Positions 16,691 to 24,419 of a stretch of DNA of 32,000 nt are shown here, piece after piece. Position 1 is the first letter of the stretch; every line of letters begins with the position of its first letter. A model generated the notes under the pieces. The model was not told the origin of the DNA, ran no database searches, and worked only from the letters and a program-made list of their open reading frames with translations. Both the position numbers and the translations under genes were made by a program. This DNA is from Candidatus Saccharimonadota bacterium (GTDB taxonomy: Archaea > Nanohalarchaeota > Nanosalinia > Nanosalinales > Nanosalinaceae), in contig CP012986.1 of NCBI GenBank assembly GCA_001761425.1, forward strand, positions 1,050,001 through 1,082,000, in the 5' to 3' direction.

Positions 16691-17999
16691 GAAAAAACTG
16701 AAGAAAGGCACATTCTCTGGAGTAATCCCGATGATGGGTATGTTCATCATGGCAGCACTCATGGCATTCCAGTCCGTACCGATAGGTCAAGCGGTAGGAA
16801 ACGAACTGACAGCCTCATTTTCAGATCTCAGCCGTATAGCAGAGACCAAATCCTACGGAGACCTCTACTTCTTCAACTTCGTCCCTAACGGCGCAGAACA
16901 CTCTCTAAACAATGTAAGTCACTCTCTCGCAAAGAACGGGGGCGACGTCTCCTGGAGCTACAACGACTTCGATGCTGAAAACGATATAAGGCCTGAAGTA
17001 GAGAGCAAGCTCAGCACTATAATCGGAGACAAACTCGAACCGATGACGGAAAACTACTTCAACGAAAAATACGGCGGTGTTTCACAGGGAAGCGGCTGCA
17101 CAATATACGAAATCAACTACACTACAATACCCCTGCCCGACTCAGATAATAACTACGTCCAAGGCGTTCAGAACAACCCTGAAGACATACCAATGATCGT
17201 CAGATCACAGGTCGAGACTAGCGGCTACTTCAACGTAGATGCTGCACCGATGGAGGTCGAATGCGCCAATGACCAGGGAGCCACAAAATACATCGGAGAC
17301 ACACAGACAGACTCAGATACCACTTCAACGACCTCTACAGGAGTAGGAACAGGAGGCCTTGGACTGGGAAGCTTTGGATTCGGAGGCCTCGGAATCGGGT
17401 TCTTACCAGGAGACTGGACCAGCGTAGGCTATACCAACAAAGTTGAAGCGACAGCAAACAGATTTCATGTACTGGCCAACAGGACGACATACATCTACAA
17501 GAGAGTCCATGACAACTGGGTAAACAACGTAGAAGAGGTTTCCAACACGGAAGAAGACGTGTGTGATCCCAGCGACAGCGACTGGCAGTCCGTCGAATCA
17601 GAAACGGTAAACGACGTGAACTCTGACGTAACAGACCAGTTCAACAACGTAGTCAACAGTGAAGTAGATATCGAAGGAGTCTCAGGACAGTTCGACCTAG
17701 AAACCTACGCCTTAAACTTCGACTATGACGACTACACTAAGAACTACCTTGGAGAAGCCAGTTACAGCACCAGCGACCACGAAGACTGTGACTGCGATAC
17801 CTGTTACGATAGTGACGGTGATCCTTACGACTGCAACTGCGATACAGAAAAAGATCTGACCGTCACAGTGACCCCAAACGCCTCGATAATGAGGTCAAAC
17901 ATCACCGACGACGATTTCAAAGTTAACACCGCTGAAGGATGGAAGAACCTTAAGTTCACCGTAGAAAACTACAATCACGACTTCCAGGACGACGACTGA
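16671..17999 (+). CDS. large pilin-like surface protein (442 aa) with a Gly-rich segment and a Cys/Asp-rich Ca-binding-like motif
   Basis: GTG start. 'KKLKKG|TFSGVIPMMGMFIMAALMAF'. Internal 'GVGTGGLGLGSFGFGGLGIGFLPG'. Near the C-terminus, 'CDCDTCYDSDGDPYDCNCD'. Last gene of the operon. Confidence 0.7.
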   Translation: MVQISLKKKLKKGTFSGVIPMMGMFIMAALMAFQSVPIGQAVGNELTASFSDLSRIAETKSYGDLYFFNFVPNGAEHSLNNVSHSLAKNGGDVSWSYNDFDAENDIRPEVESKLSTIIGDKLEPMTENYFNEKYGGVSQGSGCTIYEINYTTIPLPDSDNNYVQGVQNNPEDIPMIVRSQVETSGYFNVDAAPMEVECANDQGATKYIGDTQTDSDTTSTTSTGVGTGGLGLGSFGFGGLGIGFLPGDWTSVGYTNKVEATANRFHVLANRTTYIYKRVHDNWVNNVEEVSNTEEDVCDPSDSDWQSVESETVNDVNSDVTDQFNNVVNSEVDIEGVSGQFDLETYALNFDYDDYTKNYLGEASYSTSDHEDCDCDTCYDSDGDPYDCNCDTEKDLTVTVTPNASIMRSNITDDDFKVNTAEGWKNLKFTVENYNHDFQDDD

Positions 18000-18011
18000 A
18001 AGACTCTAACC

Positions 18012-18020
18012 TATAAAAAA
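18012..18020 (+). promoter_or_regulatory. TATA box upstream of the Alba gene
   Basis: TATAAAAAA lies 34 nt upstream of GTG 18055. A short leader carries AGTGAT (SD-like). Confidence 0.45.
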
Positions 18021-18054
18021 TTCGACGAAAAAAGCCTAGAATAAGTGATAACCA

Positions 18055-18342
18055 GTGCCCGAAGAACAAGAAGACGACAACACAGTATATGTCGGATCCA
18101 AACCAGCAATGAGCTACGTTCTAGCAGTAGTCACACAATTTAGCGAAGGACAAGACCTAGTGCACGTCAAAGCAAGAGGAAAAGCAATCAGCCGTGCAGT
18201 AGACGTCGCAGAAATCGTAAAAGACAGATTCGTCGAAGAGGCAACAGTCGACGACATCAGCATCGGAACCGATCAGATCGAGACCGATGAAGGCGACAAG
18301 ATCAACGTTTCCTCAATCCAGATAGACCTCGAAAAACCATAA
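18055..18342 (+). CDS. albA: Alba (Sso10b) chromatin/DNA-RNA-binding protein
   Basis: '[21 protein letters not shown]...[24 protein letters not shown]...[10 protein letters not shown]' matches the conserved Alba core. GTG 18055 is the only start after the in-frame stop at 18049. Confidence 0.9.
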   Translation: MPEEQEDDNTVYVGSKPAMSYVLAVVTQFSEGQDLVHVKARGKAISRAVDVAEIVKDRFVEEATVDDISIGTDQIETDEGDKINVSSIQIDLEKP

Positions 18343-18373
18343 ACAATTCGAGGCCTACCATCTTACTTCTTTA

Positions 18374-18378
18374 TTTTT
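18374..18378 (+). terminator. oligo-T tract after the Alba gene
   Basis: CTTTATTTTTCC lies about 30 nt after the stop. Confidence 0.35.
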
Positions 18379-18393
18379 CCCGAAGAGGAAGGA

Positions 18394-18401
18394 TTTTTAT
18401 A
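18394..18401 (+). promoter_or_regulatory. TATA box for the stand-alone pilin genes
   Basis: TTTTTATA lies 22 nt upstream of ATG 18424, the same geometry as other leaderless genes in this window. Confidence 0.5.
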
Positions 18402-18423
18402 CCATCAGAGAAATAATTGCTAT

Positions 18424-18753
18424 ATGACACAAAGAAAGGGCCTCTCACAGATCCTATACCTCATAATCGCAGCATCCGTACTGATGATGGTCGCACTATC
18501 ACTAATCTTCATGTTCAACGACTCAGTCAGCGGAAGCACAGGCGATACACAAGCATGCAATACAGCAGTAGAGACCCAGTGCTCAGTGGCAGGAGCAAAC
18601 AACATTCCCCCGCCCCCCAACTGTGTAACCGAAGACGGACAGGGTAATAAACAGCTCATTAACGGACTCAGCTATCAACATACGGGCGAGTTCGGAGGAA
18701 GTGGAGAAGATGCAAAGGTAATTGTGTGTCCAGGTAACTCAGCCAATAACTGA
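18424..18753 (+). CDS. pilin-like protein (109 aa), Cys-containing; candidate major subunit
   Basis: 'MTQRKG|LSQILYLIIAASVLMMVALSLIFMF' is class III signal-peptide-like. Four Cys and a PPPP turn lie in the short extracellular part. It has its own TATA box. Confidence 0.7.
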   Translation: MTQRKGLSQILYLIIAASVLMMVALSLIFMFNDSVSGSTGDTQACNTAVETQCSVAGANNIPPPPNCVTEDGQGNKQLINGLSYQHTGEFGGSGEDAKVIVCPGNSANN

Positions 18754-18761
18754 TGATATAA

Positions 18762-19043
18762 ATGGACAAGACCCTTGAGATCATAATCGCCGCAACAGTC
18801 ATCCTGCTTACAGCCGGACTGATAATGTTCATGGTCAGCGGTCAGAGCGGAGACTTCCAAAGCTGGCTGAACAACACCCAAGGCGACGCCGAATGCAGCC
18901 TCAAAAAGACACAATACGAGAATGCATGTGACTGCGGGTCGGACAATCCAGGTAATCAGGAAGCCCAAAACATCAAATCAAATGTCCAAAATCAGTGTGA
19001 CTGGACTGACCAAATAAACGACTGCGAAGCGGCCTGTAATTAA
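18762..19043 (+). CDS. Cys-rich pilin-like/N-terminal-helix protein (93 aa)
   Basis: 'MDKTLEIIIAATVILLTAGLIMFMVSGQ' is followed by seven Cys in 50 aa (ECSLKK...ACDCG...CDW...CEAACN). It starts 8 nt after the previous stop. Confidence 0.6.
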   Translation: MDKTLEIIIAATVILLTAGLIMFMVSGQSGDFQSWLNNTQGDAECSLKKTQYENACDCGSDNPGNQEAQNIKSNVQNQCDWTDQINDCEAACN

Positions 19044-20062
19044 ATTTTTGGTACAGAAAACTGTAAAAAACCGCCATTATTCATTTCATTGAACTCATAG
19101 TTTCCCCCTGACGCAGTAACAGTGTTCCCCTGTAATTCTAGTTGGTCATATCCATACCTGACATCTTTATTCTCCAGTAAAGTCAAAGCATTATCTGCAG
19201 TCTGCCTATCTTCAAAAGGCCAAGCACCAAATTTCTCGCCCTCAGAAAAATCTACGGAAGAAATCCCCAATTGAGGCTGATGATTCGAAGTATCTGTAGA
19301 AGGCATATAGACACCTCCTGGACCCTTCTGTACTGTTAAAGAATCTCCTACATTTAACGCTTCGAAGCCCTGGCTAATAAGTTCTGAAATCTGATACCTG
19401 TTCTCATTGGTCTCCTCCAGCACTCTAAACATCAAATCTCTCTGTTGAGAAATAGACGCAATATCGCCTTCTAAAACCACAACGTGCCTGTCATTTCCAA
19501 CTGCATGGAAACCGCCCTCACCACGGTAAACTTCAAAGTCTCCTCTTTCATGCTGTTTTGAATATCCAGCATCCTCTAGCTGCTGTGCCACATCTTCTTC
19601 AGATACATTTCCTGGTAGCTGATCAACCTTATACAAAGATTCCCATGGCTCCATGGCCTTCTGAACATATGTTTCAGGTATATCGAAATGTGAGAACTCG
19701 AACATTCCATACTCATCGTCAGCGCCTATATCCTCACTGAAAGAGGCATCATAGTTTTCTGAAAGCTTTGAAGGACTCATGGCTACTGCTTCAAGATCGT
19801 CTCCTTGATCGTCTGGGAAGATCATCCATTCTGTCGCCATATCCACAGGATTTACGTGTTCGGATTCAGGAAGACTGTAATCTGGCTCAGGGGTGGAAGT
19901 GTCCTCCGGAGTAGAGTCAGTTTCTGTACCATCTTCAGGATCTTCAGAACTGTCGGAACTATCTCCGCCCAAACAGCCGGCGAGGCCTCCAGTACCTAAT
20001 GCACCTAAAGTTTGAAGCACGTATCTACGGGGAACGTCGTCCTGATCCGATTCCATATCCAA
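19040..20062 (-). CDS. Tat-secreted lipoprotein, unknown function
   Basis: 'PRRYVLQTLGALGTGGLAGC' combines a twin-arginine motif, a hydrophobic core and a lipobox Cys. It is followed by a Ser/Asp/Glu/Thr/Pro-rich linker typical of haloarchaeal lipoproteins. 340 aa. Confidence 0.75.
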   Translation of the reverse strand: MDMESDQDDVPRRYVLQTLGALGTGGLAGCLGGDSSDSSEDPEDGTETDSTPEDTSTPEPDYSLPESEHVNPVDMATEWMIFPDDQGDDLEAVAMSPSKLSENYDASFSEDIGADDEYGMFEFSHFDIPETYVQKAMEPWESLYKVDQLPGNVSEEDVAQQLEDAGYSKQHERGDFEVYRGEGGFHAVGNDRHVVVLEGDIASISQQRDLMFRVLEETNENRYQISELISQGFEALNVGDSLTVQKGPGGVYMPSTDTSNHQPQLGISSVDFSEGEKFGAWPFEDRQTADNALTLLENKDVRYGYDQLELQGNTVTASGGNYEFNEMNNGGFLQFSVPKI

Positions 20063-20149
20063 AACTAGAAAAACCAGTTTTAAAAATGTTGTCCCTGAAA
20101 GGAAGTAAAAGAAATCTGTGAGAGAAGATTCTGTAGAGGCCTTTCCACT

Positions 20150-21616
20150 CTATGGTTCTTCAAGCCCGAGAATATCGCTGATAAGGCCTTCTATCTCCCA
20201 GATCTCGTTTTCCTCAAAGCTGAATTCCTGATCTACGTTAATCTGTATTAGAGGGACTGGGTTCAGGGTATGGGAAGTATTTGGACTATCTTTTTTTCCC
20301 ATGTCTTCGCAGTTACCGTGGTCAGATGTTACAAGCATGGAGTAATCTGTTTCCCGTATTTTCTCGGTTAGACGGCCGATGTTTCTGTCCACGGCCTCTA
20401 CAGCTTCGATAGTAGCTTCTATCTCTCCTGTATGTCCGACGAGATCGCAGTTAGCGAAGTTTAACATTATTAAATCTTTTTCTCCCTTTTCCAGGGCTTC
20501 AAGCACTACTTCACAGATGTCATCGGCATGCATCTCCGGTTTCTGATCGTAGGCCTTGATCTTGTCGCTTTTAACGAAGTGACGTTGTTCGTGTTCGAAT
20601 TCAAGTTCTCTCTGGCCGTTGAAGAAGAATGTGACGTGAGGCCTTTTCTGGCTCTCCGCAACGCGTAACTGGCTGAGGCCTTTGTCCTCTATTTTTTCTC
20701 CTAAAGTGTTTTTTACTATTTGTTTTTCGAATATGGCAGGGTTTTCGATTTCGTGTTCGTATCGGAACATTGAGGTGAATTTAGGATGTACTGGTTCCTC
20801 GTATTTGTCCGGATCGACTTCTTCCACCAGTTCTTCTTCTATCTGTCTTTCCCTGTCTGCCCGGAAGTTGTAGAAGATGACTTCGTCTTCATCAGTCATT
20901 CCTTCGTATCCTTCAGCGACCGACGGCTGTATGAAGTAATCGTAATCGCCTTCTTCATAGGTTTTCTCTACTGCTTCTCCTGGATCAGAGAATTCGAAGC
21001 CTTCTCCTCTCGCCATCGCCCTGTAGGCCTTGTACGTCCGGTCCCAGTTATGGTCTCTGTCCATCGAGTAGTAACGGCCCATAACCGTTGCGATCTCACC
21101 GCCGAACTCTTCCGTCCATTCCTCGATCTGATCCAGAAACTTCTCCGCACTCTTCGGAGAAACATCTCTGCCATCCGTGAAGCAGTGGATCTTCACGTCC
21201 ACATCGTACTCTGAAGAGGTTTCAAGCAAGGCCTTTAAATGGTTGATATGGCCGTGAATCCCTCCATCAGAGATTATCCCGGCGAGATGAACCTTAGTAC
21301 CGTTTTCCTCCGCTCTCTCAAGTGCTTCTCTCAAGGCCTTTTTTTCGCTTAGTTCACTGTTTTCTATGGCTTGGTTTATTCTGGTTAGTCGCTGTGGTAT
21401 TCTTCGTCCTGCTCCTAAGTGGAGATGGCCGACCTCTGAGTTACCTGTGTATCCTTCGGGAAGGCCTACCGCGTTTCCGGAAGCGTCTAACTTGGCGAAC
21501 CCGTTTCTGGCCATGAGTTTCCCAAGGTTGGGTGTGTCTGCCTGCTTGAATGCGTTGCCTTCGTTTTCCTCTCTTAATCCGACGCCGTCCATCACTACTA
21601 GAAGTACCGGTTTCAT
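20150..21616 (-). CDS. gpmI: 2,3-bisphosphoglycerate-independent phosphoglycerate mutase
   Basis: 'MKPVLLVVMDGVGL...GNAF..ADTPNL...LDASGNAVGLPEGYTGNSEVGHLHLGAGR' and 'VTSDHGNCE' match the iPGM family. The track start at 21652 is GTG, whereas homologs begin at the MKP start (ATG 21616). Confidence 0.9.
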   Translation of the reverse strand: MKPVLLVVMDGVGLREENEGNAFKQADTPNLGKLMARNGFAKLDASGNAVGLPEGYTGNSEVGHLHLGAGRRIPQRLTRINQAIENSELSEKKALREALERAEENGTKVHLAGIISDGGIHGHINHLKALLETSSEYDVDVKIHCFTDGRDVSPKSAEKFLDQIEEWTEEFGGEIATVMGRYYSMDRDHNWDRTYKAYRAMARGEGFEFSDPGEAVEKTYEEGDYDYFIQPSVAEGYEGMTDEDEVIFYNFRADRERQIEEELVEEVDPDKYEEPVHPKFTSMFRYEHEIENPAIFEKQIVKNTLGEKIEDKGLSQLRVAESQKRPHVTFFFNGQRELEFEHEQRHFVKSDKIKAYDQKPEMHADDICEVVLEALEKGEKDLIMLNFANCDLVGHTGEIEATIEAVEAVDRNIGRLTEKIRETDYSMLVTSDHGNCEDMGKKDSPNTSHTLNPVPLIQINVDQEFSFEENEIWEIEGLISDILGLEEP

Positions 21617-21640
21617 AACAAGTAGTTGGGTTTTGGGACA

Positions 21641-21649
21641 TTTTATTAA
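21641..21649. promoter_or_regulatory. shared AT-rich TATA-like element between divergent gpmI and the coiled-coil gene
   Basis: TTTTATTAA lies 24 nt from the gpmI ATG (21616, minus) and 22 nt from ATG 21672 (plus). Confidence 0.45.
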
Positions 21650-21671
21650 CACAGCCCTGTAATTCTCAGTT

Positions 21672-22532
21672 ATGAGTTCTGTAGATCAAATCGAGGAGAA
21701 TCTGAAAAGTGTCGAACAGAGAATTCAGGAAGCGGAAAAAGAGGATTCAGAGCTCAAGGAACTTGTCCAGGAGTACAGAGAGGAAAAAGCCGACCTTGAA
21801 TCCAAGATACAGGACTTAGAGGAAAGACTGGAAAAACTGGAGGTCGACAGCCAGAACGAACAGATCCACAGCAAGGCCTTGAGAAACAGGCTTGAAGATA
21901 TGGAGGAAAGAATAGAAGACCTTGAGTCCGACGACGAACTTGAAGAAAAGATCGAGGTACTGGAGGATAAAGTTACAGATGTCTCGAAAAGCATCTCCAA
22001 CGTGAAAGATGATCTCTCAACAGAACTGAACAGTATCGAGGCCTGGGACGAGGACCGTGTCAGCGATCTTGAGGAGAAAGCCTCCGAACTGGAATCAGGC
22101 CAGGAGGAAAAGCTGGAAAAGGTTCACGAAGAGATAGATGATCTTCAGTCTGAGCTGGATGAAGGCCTCAAAGAGGCTGAAAACTCGAAAAGCGTCGAGG
22201 AAGACGACCTGGAGGAAGTCAGAAACGAGGTTGATAGCCTTGAATCCGAGCTGAAGGATTTCGAGAACAATGTCGTGGCAGTAGAGGAAAATGTCAAAGA
22301 TCTCCAGGAGAAAAATGATGATGAGGCCTCCAGTGAGTTTAACAGGATCGCGGAGAGAGTTGAAGAACTTGAAGAGATGAGAGAAAGAATTGACGAGCTT
22401 GAGAATTCAGACGAATCAGACGAAGTTGAGGACCTGAAAGAGCAGTTGGAGGAAAACACCGAGCAGATAGAGAAGCTTTTCTCACATTTCTCCGATTTGA
22501 CGGAAGCAGTGAAGAAAGGCCTTCAGGACTGA
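21672..22532 (+). CDS. hyper-acidic coiled-coil protein (286 aa)
   Basis: Continuous heptad-like pattern rich in E/D/L/K (EERLEKLEVDSQNEQ..., LEDMEERIEDLESDDELEEKIEVLEDKV). No TM segment, signal peptide or NTPase motif. Confidence 0.7.
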   Translation: MSSVDQIEENLKSVEQRIQEAEKEDSELKELVQEYREEKADLESKIQDLEERLEKLEVDSQNEQIHSKALRNRLEDMEERIEDLESDDELEEKIEVLEDKVTDVSKSISNVKDDLSTELNSIEAWDEDRVSDLEEKASELESGQEEKLEKVHEEIDDLQSELDEGLKEAENSKSVEEDDLEEVRNEVDSLESELKDFENNVVAVEENVKDLQEKNDDEASSEFNRIAERVEELEEMRERIDELENSDESDEVEDLKEQLEENTEQIEKLFSHFSDLTEAVKKGLQD

Positions 22533-22551
22533 TCTAACCCGCAGTTAACGG

Positions 22552-22557
22552 TTTTTT
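22552..22557 (+). terminator. oligo-T tract after the first coiled-coil gene
   Basis: GGTTTTTTACC lies 20 nt after the stop at 22532. Confidence 0.4.
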
Positions 22558-22628
22558 ACCTATCGGTAAACAAAGACTTTTAACAGTTTGAAGAATATTT
22601 TTTTCCTGAAGGACCTGGTGAATAATCT

Positions 22629-24401
22629 ATGGCAGAAGATGTGATTTTCGGCGGCGAGAGCGAGGAAGAAGAGGAGGAAAACGATAATCAGGAGACACTC
22701 TTCTCCAGCGAAGAAGAAAAAGATTCACAGAGCCAGGCCTCCGAAGACGTTCTCATGGACGAACAGAAAAACGATACAGAGGAGAAAGAATCCGAGAACG
22801 AAGCTGAAGAAGAAAAAGAAGATGAAGAACAGGAAAAGACTCTTTTCAGCGGAGAAGACAAACAGGAAGAATCAGAAGTGACGGAAGATGAAGAACCTGA
22901 AGATATAGAGGAGAAGGATGAACCAGAAGACAGTTCAGGAAAGGATTTCTCAGAAGAAATTGAAGAACTCCAGGCCTCTATACAGGAGCTCAGAGACCAG
23001 GTAAACAGCAACCAGCCAGAAGAAGAGCTGGATGAAAGAATAGAAGAGCTGGAGGAAAAGATCGAGTCCAAAGACAGAGGCCCTGAAGTTGGTTCCCTAG
23101 GCGACGAGATAAAAGATCTGAAAAAAGACGTCAAAGAACTGAAAGACCTCGAGGACAGGGTGAACGATGAACAGGCCTCGGAAGAACTCGAAGGCCTTGA
23201 AGAAGAACTTGAAGAGACAAAAAACCGGCTGGAAGATATCAGAGAGAACCAGGGATCAGGAAGCCTGGAGAAAGAGCTCAACGAACTGAAAGACAGGATA
23301 GCAGAGAAGACTGACCTGATAAAAGATGTAAGAAACAATACTAACGAAAGAATCGAAGGCCTTGAGGAAAGAATCGAGGAGAGACAGGAAGAGATAGAGG
23401 AACTTGAAGAGGAAAGAGAAGGCCTGCGCGAAGAGCTGGATGGCCTCTTGAAGTCTGTAGAGGAAAATGATACGGAAGATGTAGAGGATGTCCTTGAAAG
23501 AGTTGCTGAGACCGAGGAGTTGATTGAAGATACTGAATCAGATCTTCTGGACGAGATCCAGAGCCTTGAAGAAGACATAGAGGAGCTAAGATCTCAGGAA
23601 GCCGAGGTAGATGTTGAAGAGTTCGAGGAAGAACATGAAGACATCCGGGATGAGATCCAGTCGTTGAGAAGCGATCTTGAGAACGCGCAGAAGAACCTGG
23701 ACAATAACGCCGAGGTCGATGAACTTTACGAGAAACATGAAAAGTTCAAGTCCGAGATCAGCGGGCTTGAAGATAAGATCGAAGGCCTTGACTCTGAAGA
23801 CAGTGCTGAACGTCTTGAGGACGAAGTTGAAGGCCTCCGGGAGAGGGTTGAGATCGTTGAGGATCAGGCTATCGGAGAGTTGAAGGTCGATATTGAGAAT
23901 CTTGAGAACCGCATGGAATCTCTTGAAGATGATTATGATGAGAGTGATGTCTCTGATCTGCGTGAGGAGCTGGATCAGATTGAAGGCGTTGTTTCCGATT
24001 TTCAGTGGCTTTTCAACGACTTTGACGATCTTGCGGACCTGAAACTGCTGTCCAGAGATGAATACAGGGAGTTGAAGGAGAAAGCAGAGTCTGAAGATAA
24101 AGATAAGGATGAGGCTACAGAGAAAGCCATCAAACAGCTTCAGGAGAACATGGAAAAAATCGCTGAGAAACAGGCTCAGGCCCGCAACCAGGAAGTGAAG
24201 AAGTTAAGGCAGAGGATCAAGAAGCTTGAAGCAAACGAGACTTCAAATGTAGAGGAAGACGACATTCAGACGATACTGAGCGAGATCGACCGCCAGGACG
24301 AAGAGATCGAAGAGATAAGAGAAGGCTACCAGGAGATGGGAGAGATGATGAAACTGGTCCTCGACGAGCTAAGGGAAGTAAAAAAGACAAGAGGAAACTA
24401 G
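22629..24401 (+). CDS. hyper-acidic long coiled-coil protein (590 aa)
   Basis: GGTGA lies 7 nt upstream of the ATG. An N-terminal ~110 aa E/D/S low-complexity region is followed by ~450 aa of coiled-coil repeats with recurring '.EGLEE..EE' units. No Walker motifs. Confidence 0.7.
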   Translation: MAEDVIFGGESEEEEEENDNQETLFSSEEEKDSQSQASEDVLMDEQKNDTEEKESENEAEEEKEDEEQEKTLFSGEDKQEESEVTEDEEPEDIEEKDEPEDSSGKDFSEEIEELQASIQELRDQVNSNQPEEELDERIEELEEKIESKDRGPEVGSLGDEIKDLKKDVKELKDLEDRVNDEQASEELEGLEEELEETKNRLEDIRENQGSGSLEKELNELKDRIAEKTDLIKDVRNNTNERIEGLEERIEERQEEIEELEEEREGLREELDGLLKSVEENDTEDVEDVLERVAETEELIEDTESDLLDEIQSLEEDIEELRSQEAEVDVEEFEEEHEDIRDEIQSLRSDLENAQKNLDNNAEVDELYEKHEKFKSEISGLEDKIEGLDSEDSAERLEDEVEGLRERVEIVEDQAIGELKVDIENLENRMESLEDDYDESDVSDLREELDQIEGVVSDFQWLFNDFDDLADLKLLSRDEYRELKEKAESEDKDKDEATEKAIKQLQENMEKIAEKQAQARNQEVKKLRQRIKKLEANETSNVEEDDIQTILSEIDRQDEEIEEIREGYQEMGEMMKLVLDELREVKKTRGN

Positions 24402-24419
24402 AGGCCTTCCTGAAAAATT

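Noticed and set aside
3663-17999. Interpretation of the locus as an archaellum (motility) operon.
   Set aside because: No archaellin-like gene with the conserved FlaB N-terminal domain is present, and there are no FlaF/FlaG/FlaH or FlaC/D/E genes in the operon. The subunit set is heterogeneous and includes very large proteins. A type IV adhesion-pilus-like system fits better.
18417-18659. Alternative-frame ORFs overlapping the pilin gene: 18417-18647 on the plus strand and 18420-18659 on the minus strand.
   Set aside because: The 18424 frame gives a textbook prepilin-like N-terminus with correctly spaced TATA geometry. The alternatives are basic, Arg/Ser-rich and featureless.
22688-23578. 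296-aa Ser-rich ORF on the minus strand. Similar Ser-rich antisense ORFs occur at 21725-22000 and 22145-22459.
   Set aside because: These are mirror images of the GAA/GAG/GAC-rich coding strand of the acidic coiled-coil genes, since TTC/CTC/GTC-type codons read as S/F/L. They have no start context or motifs and are entirely contained within well-supported plus-strand genes.
21672-24401. Annotation of the coiled-coil proteins as SMC/Rad50-type chromosome segregation ATPases.
   Set aside because: No Walker A/B or signature motif, hinge, or globular head is present. Only coiled coil and low-complexity acidic sequence are seen.
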